DNA from: Bacillota bacterium
GTDB taxonomy: Bacteria; Bacillota; Sulfobacillia; JAJZIM01
Assembly: GCA_021810565.1 (NCBI GenBank)
Contig: JAJZIM010000008.1
Coordinates: 7,883-71,882, forward strand
Reading direction: 5' to 3'
DNA length: 64,000 nucleotides
Made by a program: the position numbers and the translations under genes. Of this stretch, positions 56,253 through 64,000 are shown piece by piece. Under the pieces are notes generated by a model. The model was not told the origin of the DNA and did no database searches. It was given only the letters and a program-made list of their open reading frames with translations. Numbering within the stretch: position 1 is the first letter of the stretch; every line of letters starts with the position of its first letter.

Positions 56253-57125
56253 TTAGGAGATCTTCTTGTTTGCCTCCACTTTCTCAACTCTTCTAAAGGC
56301 GGCCATACCGCCCCGGTCAAGCAGACTGGGTTCATGCCATTCCATTTGAAAGCCACCGGCAGTTAGATATTCTTGAATCTTATTCCAGCCATTGCCGGGA
56401 ACCGGATGATACTCCAACACGATGCTCCGGATTTTTTCAAGGGTCGAAGGAGAGGCATTGAACAAGATCTCATATTCCGCGCCCTCACAGTCGAGTTTAA
56501 GCACATCGACCTCGCTGTCCAGCTTGTCCACGAGACGATCAAAGGCCAACCCCTGCACCGTACAGGTCTTTCCTCCATCCAAGGGTATCAGCACGGAGTT
56601 TTTGGCGGACCCATCTTTCCCCTCGAAAAGTGCGGTCTCCCTGTCTTCGGCCAGAACCGCCGCTTCAATTAGCTGGACTCTTTCTTGTACGCCGTTTCTT
56701 TCAATGTTTTTCCGCAGATACTGGAAGGTTTTCGGCGAGGGTTCACAGCATATGCAGCGGCATGTTGGAAATTTCTCCAACATCGCCAGGCTAAAAGCCC
56801 CCACATGCGCACCGACATCAAGGATGGTCAGCGGGTGGTTAGGTATAGTTTGCTGGCTGAATTCTTTTAAGTGATAGCTATCATACACAAATATTTCGAA
56901 CACCGGGGCCATTGCGCCAATTCTATTGGGGCATGAAACATAACTTCCCTGGGCTGTAACAATATTGAGATCCCCAGGGCTTGCTTTCAATTTCCTCAAG
57001 GCTACGGCCATAAGTACCGACAGCCAATTATTGAAACCTTTTTTCACCGCGCCAACCCGGTGTATCCGCCTTCTCCAGGTGAAAAGTACCTTTCCCCGAC
57101 GGGAGTTCTTAGCCATTCCCATCAT
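56253..57125 (-). CDS. FkbM family methyltransferase (low GC)
   Basis: ILDVGAHVGAFS, CEPSP, VLKLDCEGAEYEIL, LEYH; start 57125/57122/57116 after GGAGG. Confidence 0.9.
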   Translation of the reverse strand: MMGMAKNSRRGKVLFTWRRRIHRVGAVKKGFNNWLSVLMAVALRKLKASPGDLNIVTAQGSYVSCPNRIGAMAPVFEIFVYDSYHLKEFSQQTIPNHPLTILDVGAHVGAFSLAMLEKFPTCRCICCEPSPKTFQYLRKNIERNGVQERVQLIEAAVLAEDRETALFEGKDGSAKNSVLIPLDGGKTCTVQGLAFDRLVDKLDSEVDVLKLDCEGAEYEILFNASPSTLEKIRSIVLEYHPVPGNGWNKIQEYLTAGGFQMEWHEPSLLDRGGMAAFRRVEKVEANKKIS

Positions 57126-57758
57126 GCCTCCGTAACTACGCAAGAGTGCCAGCCAAACGATAAAGCGATAAGGGTCTGCCTAAGTTCCGGACAAGGAGCG
57201 AGTCCCAAGACCAATGACAACCATTCGGCCTAAGAAGCCCAGCGTCGCTCTTCGGGTTCCGGTAATTCCTACCGCTTAATGCCCCGCTATAAGAAAACTA
57301 GGCTGGCAGCCACTCCTAGTGCAATTGTGCTAAGCTATTTTTCTAGGATCCTCAACTCTTCTTCGTTCACCCAATCTTGCGACTAAAGCTGAGGCAACCG
57401 CAGATAACCCGCCCACCATTTCCGCCGCAACGCCGACTGCAAAGGTGCCGCCGACGGGGGGTCACGTCCCGATGGCGTCCGCGCATTGATCAGCGCCCTG
57501 GCGCCAATCACCCTCGCGACCAACGGCCGCGGGAGCATGAAGCACCATTGGGGAGGATGGGACTGCCAGCCGACAGACGGCTTGCTTTCCCAAAATTCGC
57601 GTGGCTCTTCGCAGGAGGGTTGTCCCTCTCGTGAGCAATCGTAACTCATACCGGCGCCGGTTACAAGTACTCTCGGGATTTTCTTGTCGATGGAACGCTC
57701 GGGTGGTCGAAGCTTCGTCCCGCGGGGGGCGTCCCTTGGCCGCTCAGGGCGCCCGGCT

Positions 57759-58766
57759 TCAGGCGTGCACCGTGCCCCGGAAGGGCAGGGGCGCGCCGCA
57801 CGCGGCGCACCGGCCGCCGCGGCAGGCCAGGTTGGTCACCGCGTAGCCGCTACGGGACAAAAGGGGGGTGTCGCACGCCGGGCAGCGGGTGACCTCTTCC
57901 CCGACCACGTTGCCCAGGTACACGTAGCGCAGGTGCCGACGGGCCACCTCCCGGGCCGCCTCCAGGGTCGAGCGCGGCGTGGGGGGCAGGGTGAGCTTGT
58001 GCTGGGGGAAGTAGCGCGACAGGTGCAGCGGCAGGTCGGGGCTGAGCCCGGCCAGAAAGCGCGCCACCTGCTCCACCTCCTGCGGCGAGTCGTTCAGGCC
58101 GGTGACCAAAAGGGTGGTGGCCTCCAGGTGGGCGCCGAAGCGTTGAACGGTGCGCACCGTCTCCAGCACCGGATCCCGTTTCCCCTGGCACAGCTTACGG
58201 TAGTAGTCGGGGGAGAAGCCCTTCACGTCGATGTTCCAGGCGTCGATGAGGGGCAACAGCTCCGCCAGGGGCGCCGGGTTGACGTAGCCGTTGGTCACCA
58301 TGACGTTGGCCAGTCCCTCCCCGCGGGCCTGCGCGGCGGTATCCCGCACGTACTCGAAGGCCATGAGCGGCTCGGCGTAGGTGTAGGCGATGCCGACGCA
58401 GTCGGGAGCGCTTTCCCGGGCCCGGCGGGCCGCCGCCACCAAGGCCTGGGGGGACACCTCCCGGGTGGGCGGGGCGCCGTGGGCGAGATCCCAATTCTGA
58501 CAGAAGGCGCAGCCCAGGTTGCAGCCGGGCAGGCCTATCGAGAGCAGGGAGGAGCCGGGATGGAAGTGAAACAGGGGCTTCTTCTCGGTGGGATCCAGGT
58601 GCAAGGCCCCCGCCCGGCCGTAGTTGTCCACCCACAGCCTGCCGCCCCGGTTCACCCGCACGCCGCAGTAGCCGCGCTGGCCCTCCTTCAGGCGGCAGTA
58701 GCGGGGACAAAGCTCGCAGCGCACCCGCTCCCCCGCCCGCTCCCAATAGGCGGCCTCCCGCTCCAT
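57759..58766 (-). CDS. amrS: AmmeMemoRadiSam system radical SAM enzyme
   Basis: CELCPRYC..CGVR, DPTEKKPLFHFHPG, CxxxCxxC (CNLGCAFCQNW), LRYVYLGN, C-terminal CxxC pairs. Confidence 0.93.
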   Translation of the reverse strand: MEREAAYWERAGERVRCELCPRYCRLKEGQRGYCGVRVNRGGRLWVDNYGRAGALHLDPTEKKPLFHFHPGSSLLSIGLPGCNLGCAFCQNWDLAHGAPPTREVSPQALVAAARRARESAPDCVGIAYTYAEPLMAFEYVRDTAAQARGEGLANVMVTNGYVNPAPLAELLPLIDAWNIDVKGFSPDYYRKLCQGKRDPVLETVRTVQRFGAHLEATTLLVTGLNDSPQEVEQVARFLAGLSPDLPLHLSRYFPQHKLTLPPTPRSTLEAAREVARRHLRYVYLGNVVGEEVTRCPACDTPLLSRSGYAVTNLACRGGRCAACGAPLPFRGTVHA

Positions 58767-58773
58767 GGCCCGG

Positions 58774-59640
58774 CTACCGGACCGCCCCGCAGCAGCGCTT
58801 GTACTTCTTGCCGCTGCCGCAGGGGCACGGGTCGTTGCGTCCCGCCGCCGGCCGCGCGGCGGTAGAGGGGGGCGCCGCCTGGAAATAGCGGGCTTTGATG
58901 TTCCGGGCCGCCTCCTGCATCCGGGCCTGGCGTTTCCGGAGCAGGCGGCGCAACGGCTGCCGGCGGCGAAGCTGCTCCATCACCCGATCGGCCGACAACT
59001 GGGGTGCGGGCGCTTGCGCCACCTGGTAATCCCTCATCTCCGGCCGGGTGGACACATGCAGCACTGCCTTTCCCCCACCGGCGCCAAGCTCATAGAAGGT
59101 CAGGGATATCGGGCAGCCGCCGCACGACATGCAGTACTGGTCGACGATGAAATACTCCTTGCCGTCCAACTGCACGCGCATCTCCATATCCCCGGGAGTT
59201 GAACCAAAGATGTTATAATATGGCACCTTAATGCCTTGCCTTATATCTTCTAGAATTTTTTGGTCGATATTTTCTAGGTAGTTCCGATCGCCATCCTTCT
59301 TGGCCTGCCGCACGTTGTCCCGCAATATCTTCTTCATTTCGTCCGGCAGATGCGTGACGAAACTATCGATGATTTCCTTATAACTCTGAGGTTCTCCGTA
59401 ATTTTCTATATCTGATGCCTGCCAAGCCTCGGTATTTAGCCGAAAACTGAATAATGGTTTCTTCCTCCCTGTGTCTTTGGCCGCATATGCAGTAAACGAC
59501 ACCTCTTGGCATGGACAGTTAGGATTCGTGCAATATAGGTCATCGAACACCAAGGCATCCGGGTAGCTTTTAGACCGGGAAAAGATGTGCCCGCGGCCTT
59601 TCCGAGCCGTCATATCCATGGATGGCACCTGCTTTTCCAA
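58774..59640 (-). CDS. SEC-C motif domain protein
   Basis: C-terminal GRNDPCPCGSGKKYKRCCG; two internal YC-x-rich units; AAGGAGG RBS. Confidence 0.8.
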   Translation of the reverse strand: MEKQVPSMDMTARKGRGHIFSRSKSYPDALVFDDLYCTNPNCPCQEVSFTAYAAKDTGRKKPLFSFRLNTEAWQASDIENYGEPQSYKEIIDSFVTHLPDEMKKILRDNVRQAKKDGDRNYLENIDQKILEDIRQGIKVPYYNIFGSTPGDMEMRVQLDGKEYFIVDQYCMSCGGCPISLTFYELGAGGGKAVLHVSTRPEMRDYQVAQAPAPQLSADRVMEQLRRRQPLRRLLRKRQARMQEAARNIKARYFQAAPPSTAARPAAGRNDPCPCGSGKKYKRCCGAVR

Positions 59641-59676
59641 CCGTTCCGCCTCCTTGAAGGCACTGTCGCGCTTCCC

Positions 59677-60423
59677 TTAGGATCCATCCTGCCCGGCCAG
59701 CAGGGCCGCGAGTTCCCTCGCATTCGTCACGGCGAACCCCGCCGCGTCGTTGTTGAAGTATACGTACACGGTGCGCCCAGCCCCGCGCCAGGCGCGGATC
59801 TTGGCCGCCCAATGAGCCAGCTCCGCGTCGGTGTAGCAGGAGCCGAACATCTCCCGGGAGCCGTGCAGGCGCACATACACGAAGTCCGCGGTCACCTCCT
59901 CCGCCTTGGGATAGCGGGGCGAGTCGGCCACTACCCAGGCCGCGCCCCGGGCCCGCAGGAGGTCGTACACCTCCGGGCGGCACCACCCGGCATGGCGAAA
60001 CTCCAAGGCCAGCGGGTGTGCGCCCGCCGCGGCCAAGAAGGCCTCCAGGGCGGCCAAGTTGCCCGAGTCGGCGGCGAAGCCCGGCGGAAACTGCAGCAAC
60101 AAGGGCCCCAGCTTCTCCTGTAGACGGGCGGCGCCCTCGAGAAAGTTCGCCCACAGCCCCTCCACTCCCCGTAGCCGGCGCAGGTGGGTGATAGCGCGCG
60201 ATGCCTTTACCGCAAACACGAAGCCCTCCGGCGTCTGGTCATGCCAGGCGGCGTAGGTGGCGGGCCGGGGCAGGTGGTAGAAAGAGTAGTTCACCTCGAC
60301 GGTGGGAAAGTGCGCCGCGTAGTGGCGCAGCCGGTCGGCGGGACGCACATCCGCGTAGAAGACGTCCCGCCAGTGCCCGTAGGCCCAACCGGAGGTGCCG
60401 AGGTAGAGGCCGGGGGCGCCCAC
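59677..60423 (-). CDS. DUF72 family protein
   Basis: GTSGWAY, VEVNYSFY, FAVKA, LQFPP, EFRH, YVRLHG, YFNND. Confidence 0.95.
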   Translation of the reverse strand: MGAPGLYLGTSGWAYGHWRDVFYADVRPADRLRHYAAHFPTVEVNYSFYHLPRPATYAAWHDQTPEGFVFAVKASRAITHLRRLRGVEGLWANFLEGAARLQEKLGPLLLQFPPGFAADSGNLAALEAFLAAAGAHPLALEFRHAGWCRPEVYDLLRARGAAWVVADSPRYPKAEEVTADFVYVRLHGSREMFGSCYTDAELAHWAAKIRAWRGAGRTVYVYFNNDAAGFAVTNARELAALLAGQDGS

Positions 60424-60432
60424 GGCCCTACC

Positions 60433-60684
60433 CTACCGGGATCTGCCCAGCTCGATCAGGCCGCGCAGACAATCGGCGCACAGGCTGCGGCCGGCGAACT
60501 CCTTCGTCGCCGGGGCACTGCAGATGACGCACCGGGGGACCTCCTTCTCCAGAACGATGGCCTCCCCGTCCACCCCGATGGCCAGCGGCTGGTGGTCCTC
60601 GAAGCCCAGATCCCGACGGATGCTGCGGGGGATCACGAAGCGGCCCAGATGGTCCGTCCGCCGCACGTAGCCCGTCGCCGTCAA
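60433..60684 (-). CDS. AbrB family transcriptional regulator with C-terminal Cys4 domain, copy B
   Basis: TGYVRRTDHLGRFVIP, IVLEK, CVIC...LCADC; TTG start after GAGGGGG. Confidence 0.85.
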   Translation of the reverse strand: MTATGYVRRTDHLGRFVIPRSIRRDLGFEDHQPLAIGVDGEAIVLEKEVPRCVICSAPATKEFAGRSLCADCLRGLIELGRSR

Positions 60685-60718
60685 AGCCAACACCCCCTCT
60701 GTATAGTCGCGACCCGCC

Positions 60719-60967
60719 TCAGGGCCGTCCCAGCCCTGCCAAGCCGTGCAGGCAGTCGGCGCACAGACCTTTGCCGGCGAACTCCTCCGTCGCCGGTGCG
60801 CCGCAGATGACGCACCGGGCGACCTCCTTCTCCAAGACGATGCTGTCGCCGTCCACCGCCACCGCCAAGGGCTGGTGGCTCGCGAAGCCCAAGGCTCGGC
60901 GGATGCCCTGGGGAATCACGAAGCGCCCCATGTGGTCCGTCCGGCGCACGAAGCCAGTCACCTTCAA
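60719..60967 (-). CDS. AbrB family transcriptional regulator with C-terminal Cys4 domain, copy A
   Basis: MKVTGFVRRTDHMGRFVIP, CVICG...LCADC; GGAGGTG RBS; overlaps the amrA stop. Confidence 0.87.
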   Translation of the reverse strand: MKVTGFVRRTDHMGRFVIPQGIRRALGFASHQPLAVAVDGDSIVLEKEVARCVICGAPATEEFAGKGLCADCLHGLAGLGRP

Positions 60968-61518
60968 AAGGCCCCACCTCCCCCCGGCCGCTCATCCTCC
61001 AAGTGGCGCTCCGCCGCAAACCGCCACACCTGGATCCCCTCCTCGCCCGGGTCCAAACCGGCCTTCTGGCAGACCAGGGCCATTTGGCGCTCCACGGTGT
61101 CCACCCCCGCCAGATCCGGCAGGAGCAACGCCGAACGGTCTCCCTTGCGCACCACCACCCCGTAGCGCCGGGGATCAAGCTCCCGCCGCGGCTCGGCCAC
61201 CGGCTCCAACGGCCCCAGCACGTCGACCGAGAGGGTCAGGCCGGGCAGTTCCGCGGCACCCACCGGCGGGAAGCGCGGGTCGGCCACGCCGGCCCGGACG
61301 GCGTTGCGGATGACCTCCTCCGCCAGGTTGTCTTGGGTGGGGGCGTAGGTGCCGATGCACCCCCGCAGGTGCTCCCCCGCGTGCAGGGTCACGAAGGCCC
61401 CCGCCCGGACAGACAGCTCCGCAGGCAGCGGTTGCGGCGTCGACAGCAGCCGCCCGGTGCGCAGGTAGTGCTCCAGGCTCTGCCTGGCCAGGCGCGTGTG
61501 CACGCTCAGCTTGTCCAC
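60964..61518 (-). CDS. amrA: AmmeMemoRadiSam system protein A (AMMECR1 family)
   Basis: GAFVTL, LRGCIGT, DPRFPPV, LDPRRYGV, LLLPDL; start approximate. Confidence 0.92.
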   Translation of the reverse strand: MDKLSVHTRLARQSLEHYLRTGRLLSTPQPLPAELSVRAGAFVTLHAGEHLRGCIGTYAPTQDNLAEEVIRNAVRAGVADPRFPPVGAAELPGLTLSVDVLGPLEPVAEPRRELDPRRYGVVVRKGDRSALLLPDLAGVDTVERQMALVCQKAGLDPGEEGIQVWRFAAERHLEDERPGGGGAF

Positions 61519-61579
61519 CCCCCAAGCAGCCGCCTTCGTCCGAGAAGTTCGCCCCCCGGGCCGGATTCTCCTGCCGCCC

Positions 61580-62305
61580 TCAGCCGGGGGCGGCGCCCTC
61601 GGCGAAGTAGCGCGCGAGCCCCAGGAAGACACCCCAGGCCAGTTTGTTCTGATAGGCGGGGTCCAAGAGATCTCTGGCCTCTGCGGGGTGGGACAGAAAG
61701 CCGATCTCCACCGTGACGGCCGGCATGCGCGCCTTTTTCAGCAGGAAGATGTCCGCTCCCGTCACCACCTGGCGGCGGGAGCCGGTCACCTCGCGGAACG
61801 CCTGCTGGATCAACTCGGCCAACCGCCGGCTCTGCGGCAGGGCGGCCCGATTCACGAACACCTGGGCGCCCTGCTGACCGGGGTGGGAGAAGTAGTTGGC
61901 GTGGATGCTCACCAGCACGTCGGCCCCGGCGGCGTTGGCCAACTGCGCCCGGTGGGCCAGGTCACGCCGCTGGCGGAAGGGCTTGCCGCTGGGGGCTTCC
62001 CGCCCGGTCCGGGTCATGATCACCCGGGCACCGGCGCGCGCCAGGAGCTGGCGCAGGTCCTGGGCCACGGCCAGCACCACCTCCCGCTCCACCACCCCGT
62101 GCCCCGCGGCTCCCGGGTCGATGCCCCCGTGGCCCGCATCCACCACGATGGTCCGACCGGCCAGGGCATCAGCGGCAAATTGCAGGCGCAGGTCCTGCAC
62201 CCCGGCCTCCACCCCGAAGGCCAAGAGCACCAGCATCCCGGCAATGAAGACGACCATGAACGGGCTGCAATGAAAGGCATGCAGGACCACGGTGGCTCGG
62301 CGCAT
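61580..62305 (-). CDS. cwlD: N-acetylmuramoyl-L-alanine amidase (Amidase_3, CwlD-like)
   Basis: N-terminal TM; VVDAGHGGIDPG, SIHAN, GAQVF, VEIGFLSHPAE, YQNKLA. Confidence 0.8.
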   Translation of the reverse strand: MRRATVVLHAFHCSPFMVVFIAGMLVLLAFGVEAGVQDLRLQFAADALAGRTIVVDAGHGGIDPGAAGHGVVEREVVLAVAQDLRQLLARAGARVIMTRTGREAPSGKPFRQRRDLAHRAQLANAAGADVLVSIHANYFSHPGQQGAQVFVNRAALPQSRRLAELIQQAFREVTGSRRQVVTGADIFLLKKARMPAVTVEIGFLSHPAEARDLLDPAYQNKLAWGVFLGLARYFAEGAAPG

Positions 62306-62336
62306 CCGCATACCTCCCGCCGGCTTCCTCGCAGAA

Positions 62337-62365
62337 AGCTTATGCCGGCGGGGGCAAACCAGAAC
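62337..62365 (-). promoter_or_regulatory. candidate sigmaE-like promoter of cwlD
   Basis: GTTCTGG-N14-CATAAGCT; cwlD is under sporulation-sigma control in Bacillus. Confidence 0.45.
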
Positions 62366-62417
62366 CGGCGCCTCGGCCGAGCCGCGAGGGAAGCGGAGCG
62401 GGTCTTCCCAGAGGCCA

Positions 62418-62547
62418 GGCGAAAAGAGCGGTTGCGGGCAGCGGCGTGGCGGCGCACCTCGGTTCCACCGGTTCGGCTCGTCGCCGCTTCGACCAGATTC
62501 CGCCCGGTCAAAGGGATCGATCCGTCGGACTTCCCGCCGCTTTCGCC
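62418..62547 (-). ncRNA. candidate structured RNA (unassigned)
   Basis: Long closing stem GGCGAAA..GCGG/CCGC..UUUCGCC enclosing inner hairpins that pair better with G-U on the minus strand. Confidence 0.3.
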
Positions 62548-62607
62548 ATTGCAAGGCCCACGACCACGCCGCCCTCGCAAAGAAGGCGGCGTCGTGTCCT
62601 CGCCAAC

Positions 62608-63015
62608 CTATGATAGATCGGAGACAGCCTCAGGTCCCACCCGTTCCTCGTACTCCCGCCGGGCCTGCTCCACCTCGTGGAAGTGTTCCTGCCCCCAGTG
62701 GCCCACGGCCTGCAGCGCCTTCACCATGGTGCCGCCCAGGAACGTCAGCCTGTATTCGACCTTGGGCGGCACCACGGGATACACCTTGCGCTCCACGAAA
62801 CCGTTATATTCCAGGCGGCGCAGGGTGTGGGTGAGCATCTTTTGGGAAATGCCGCCTATCAGGTGCTGCAGCTCGTTGTACCGGACGGGTCTTCCCGACA
62901 TCCCCGCCAGAATGTAGACGATGATCACCGTCCACTTGTCGGCGACGAGTTCCAACACCTGCTGCGAGCCGCAGCTGGCGCACAGGATCTCCGGCTCCTT
63001 TTGTTCGCGTACCAT
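62608..63015 (-). CDS. HxlR/DUF24 family transcriptional regulator
   Basis: CASC, LELVADKWTVII, RYNELQ, ISQKMLTHTLRRLE, VPPKVEYRLT. Confidence 0.92.
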   Translation of the reverse strand: MVREQKEPEILCASCGSQQVLELVADKWTVIIVYILAGMSGRPVRYNELQHLIGGISQKMLTHTLRRLEYNGFVERKVYPVVPPKVEYRLTFLGGTMVKALQAVGHWGQEHFHEVEQARREYEERVGPEAVSDLS

Positions 63016-63037
63016 GAAGTAAGTATACCCCCTTTCC

Positions 63038-63074
63038 GTGTGTACTTGCAATATGGATTGCATGATTCCATACT
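63038..63074 (+). promoter_or_regulatory. sigmaA-like promoter of tusA with candidate HxlR operator
   Basis: GTGTGTAC abutting TTGCAA-N17-CATACT; inverted repeat AAGTATAC...GTGTACTT at 63021-63047. Confidence 0.5.
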
Positions 63075-63099
63075 GGGGTCAGGGAAGGGGGTGAGCTAG

Positions 63100-63333
63100 A
63101 TGACCGCAGACCGTACCCTGGACGCGTCGGGACTGTGCTGCCCCGTGCCGGTGTTGAAGACCAAGGCGGCCATGGAGACCTTGGCGGTCAGCCAAGTGCT
63201 GGAGGTGATCGCCACCGACGCCGGAGCCCGCGCGGACCTCGCGGCTTGGTGCAGGCGCACGGGCCAGACCCTGGTGCAAACGGACGAAACACCCGACGGG
63301 AAGCTGCAGTTCTTCATCCGGAAGACGAAGTGA
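63100..63333 (+). CDS. TusA/SirA family sulfur carrier protein
   Basis: LDASGLCCPVPV, LEVIATD, DLAAWC..TG, FFIRK. Confidence 0.93.
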   Translation: MTADRTLDASGLCCPVPVLKTKAAMETLAVSQVLEVIATDAGARADLAAWCRRTGQTLVQTDETPDGKLQFFIRKTK

Positions 63334-63426
63334 GACCGACCGTAGCCAAGGATCGGTAACCCTTCGGGCCGGCGGCCATGGACCGCCGGCCATTGCCGCC
63401 TCCGCCGCCTTTTCTCCATCTCTTGC

Positions 63427-63897
63427 CTAGCGTTCTTCCAACGGCGGCAGGACCTCGGTCCGCGCGGAGCCGAAGAGGGCCGCGGCAGCCTGGGCCTGGC
63501 GCAAATCGGCGGTGCAAAAGCGCAGCATGCCGCCGTGGCGACGAACCTGGCGTTCCACCACCATTGCGGTGCCCAGGTGGATGGCATCCATGGTGCGCAA
63601 CAGGAAACGGCGGCAGATGGCCAGGGCCTCCTGCCGCACGGCGGCCGTCAGGCCCACCTGACTGGTGCCGTCCAAAATCCTCCCTCCGATCCCGAAAAGA
63701 CGCTCCCGCTCCTCCTCCGGCATCATGCCCCGATGAAAACGCGCAAATATGGCTGCCGGCACCTCCACGGCAGCCACCGTCGAGACCACGGGCACTCCGG
63801 CCATTGCCCGCTCCACCGGCGCCAGGTCGCCTTCCCCGGTGCATAGCCGGATGATGGCGCTGGAGTCCAGGCAGGTGACGGTCAACCGTGGTGTCAA
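63427..63897 (-). CDS. PIN domain (VapC-like) toxin
   Basis: CLDSSAII, VEV, RTMDAIHLGTA, FCTAD.RQ; start uncertain (frame is open to the window edge). Confidence 0.82.
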   Translation of the reverse strand: MTPRLTVTCLDSSAIIRLCTGEGDLAPVERAMAGVPVVSTVAAVEVPAAIFARFHRGMMPEEERERLFGIGGRILDGTSQVGLTAAVRQEALAICRRFLLRTMDAIHLGTAMVVERQVRRHGGMLRFCTADLRQAQAAAALFGSARTEVLPPLEER

Positions 63898-64000
63898 CAG
63901 TTGCCATGCCTCAGGCCGGCAAGGCCTGAAACCGCGACAACTGTCGTTCGTGCCGCCCCTGCGCGGGGACCGTTTCCGGGCCGATCCTCCGGTGCGCCAG

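Noticed and set aside
57377-57846. Short ORFs and the 12-bp palindrome ACCGGCGCCGGT
   Set aside because: No RBS or recognisable motifs, and a GC palindrome of this size is expected by chance
63334-63425. c-di-GMP riboswitch-like sequence after tusA (also considered near 57220)
   Set aside because: Lacks the GGCAAA..GAAA..GACGCAAAG core; more simply a terminator-like hairpin between convergent genes

Overview
A very GC-rich (visually about 70%) chromosomal window from a probably spore-forming Bacillota (Firmicutes) organism. This is inferred from gene order, cwlD, AbrB paralogues, sigmaE-like promoters and the ECF-transporter/truA tail of the ribosomal cluster. Almost all genes lie on the minus strand. 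From left to right: (1) smpB (partial), secG and the gap-pgk-tpiA-gpmI-eno glycolytic operon. (2) An accessory block at 6.7-16.4 kb holding a YtxG/YtxH pair, two tandem rhodanese-domain lipoproteins separated by an IS256 remnant, an M29 aminopeptidase, an MFS transporter, an ECF sigma/anti-sigma/SIMPL trio, and an HxlR regulator divergent from an unannotated 51-aa double desulforedoxin-like protein plus a LigB-type dioxygenase. (3) The contiguous rpmG-tRNA-Trp-secE-nusG-rplKAJL-rpoBC-str-S10-spc-alpha-ecf-truA superoperon at 16.3-49.9 kb. (4) A mixed block at 50-64 kb: tRNA-Arg, an HD-GYP sensor, TMEM165, a PBP2, fur-hypothetical-uspA, argF, a low-GC FkbM islet, cwlD-amrA-abrB-abrB-DUF72-SEC-C-amrS, HxlR/TusA and a PIN toxin. 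The best candidate for something undescribed is a conserved H-type pseudoknot leader in front of both rhodanese lipoproteins, paired with a conserved 3'-UTR element complementary to that leader. Next come the two HxlR/small-cysteine-protein modules, which share an operator-like motif abutting their -35 boxes, and a hairpin-split Shine-Dalgarno at rplL. All calls were made by eye from motifs; no database searches or folding computations were run.
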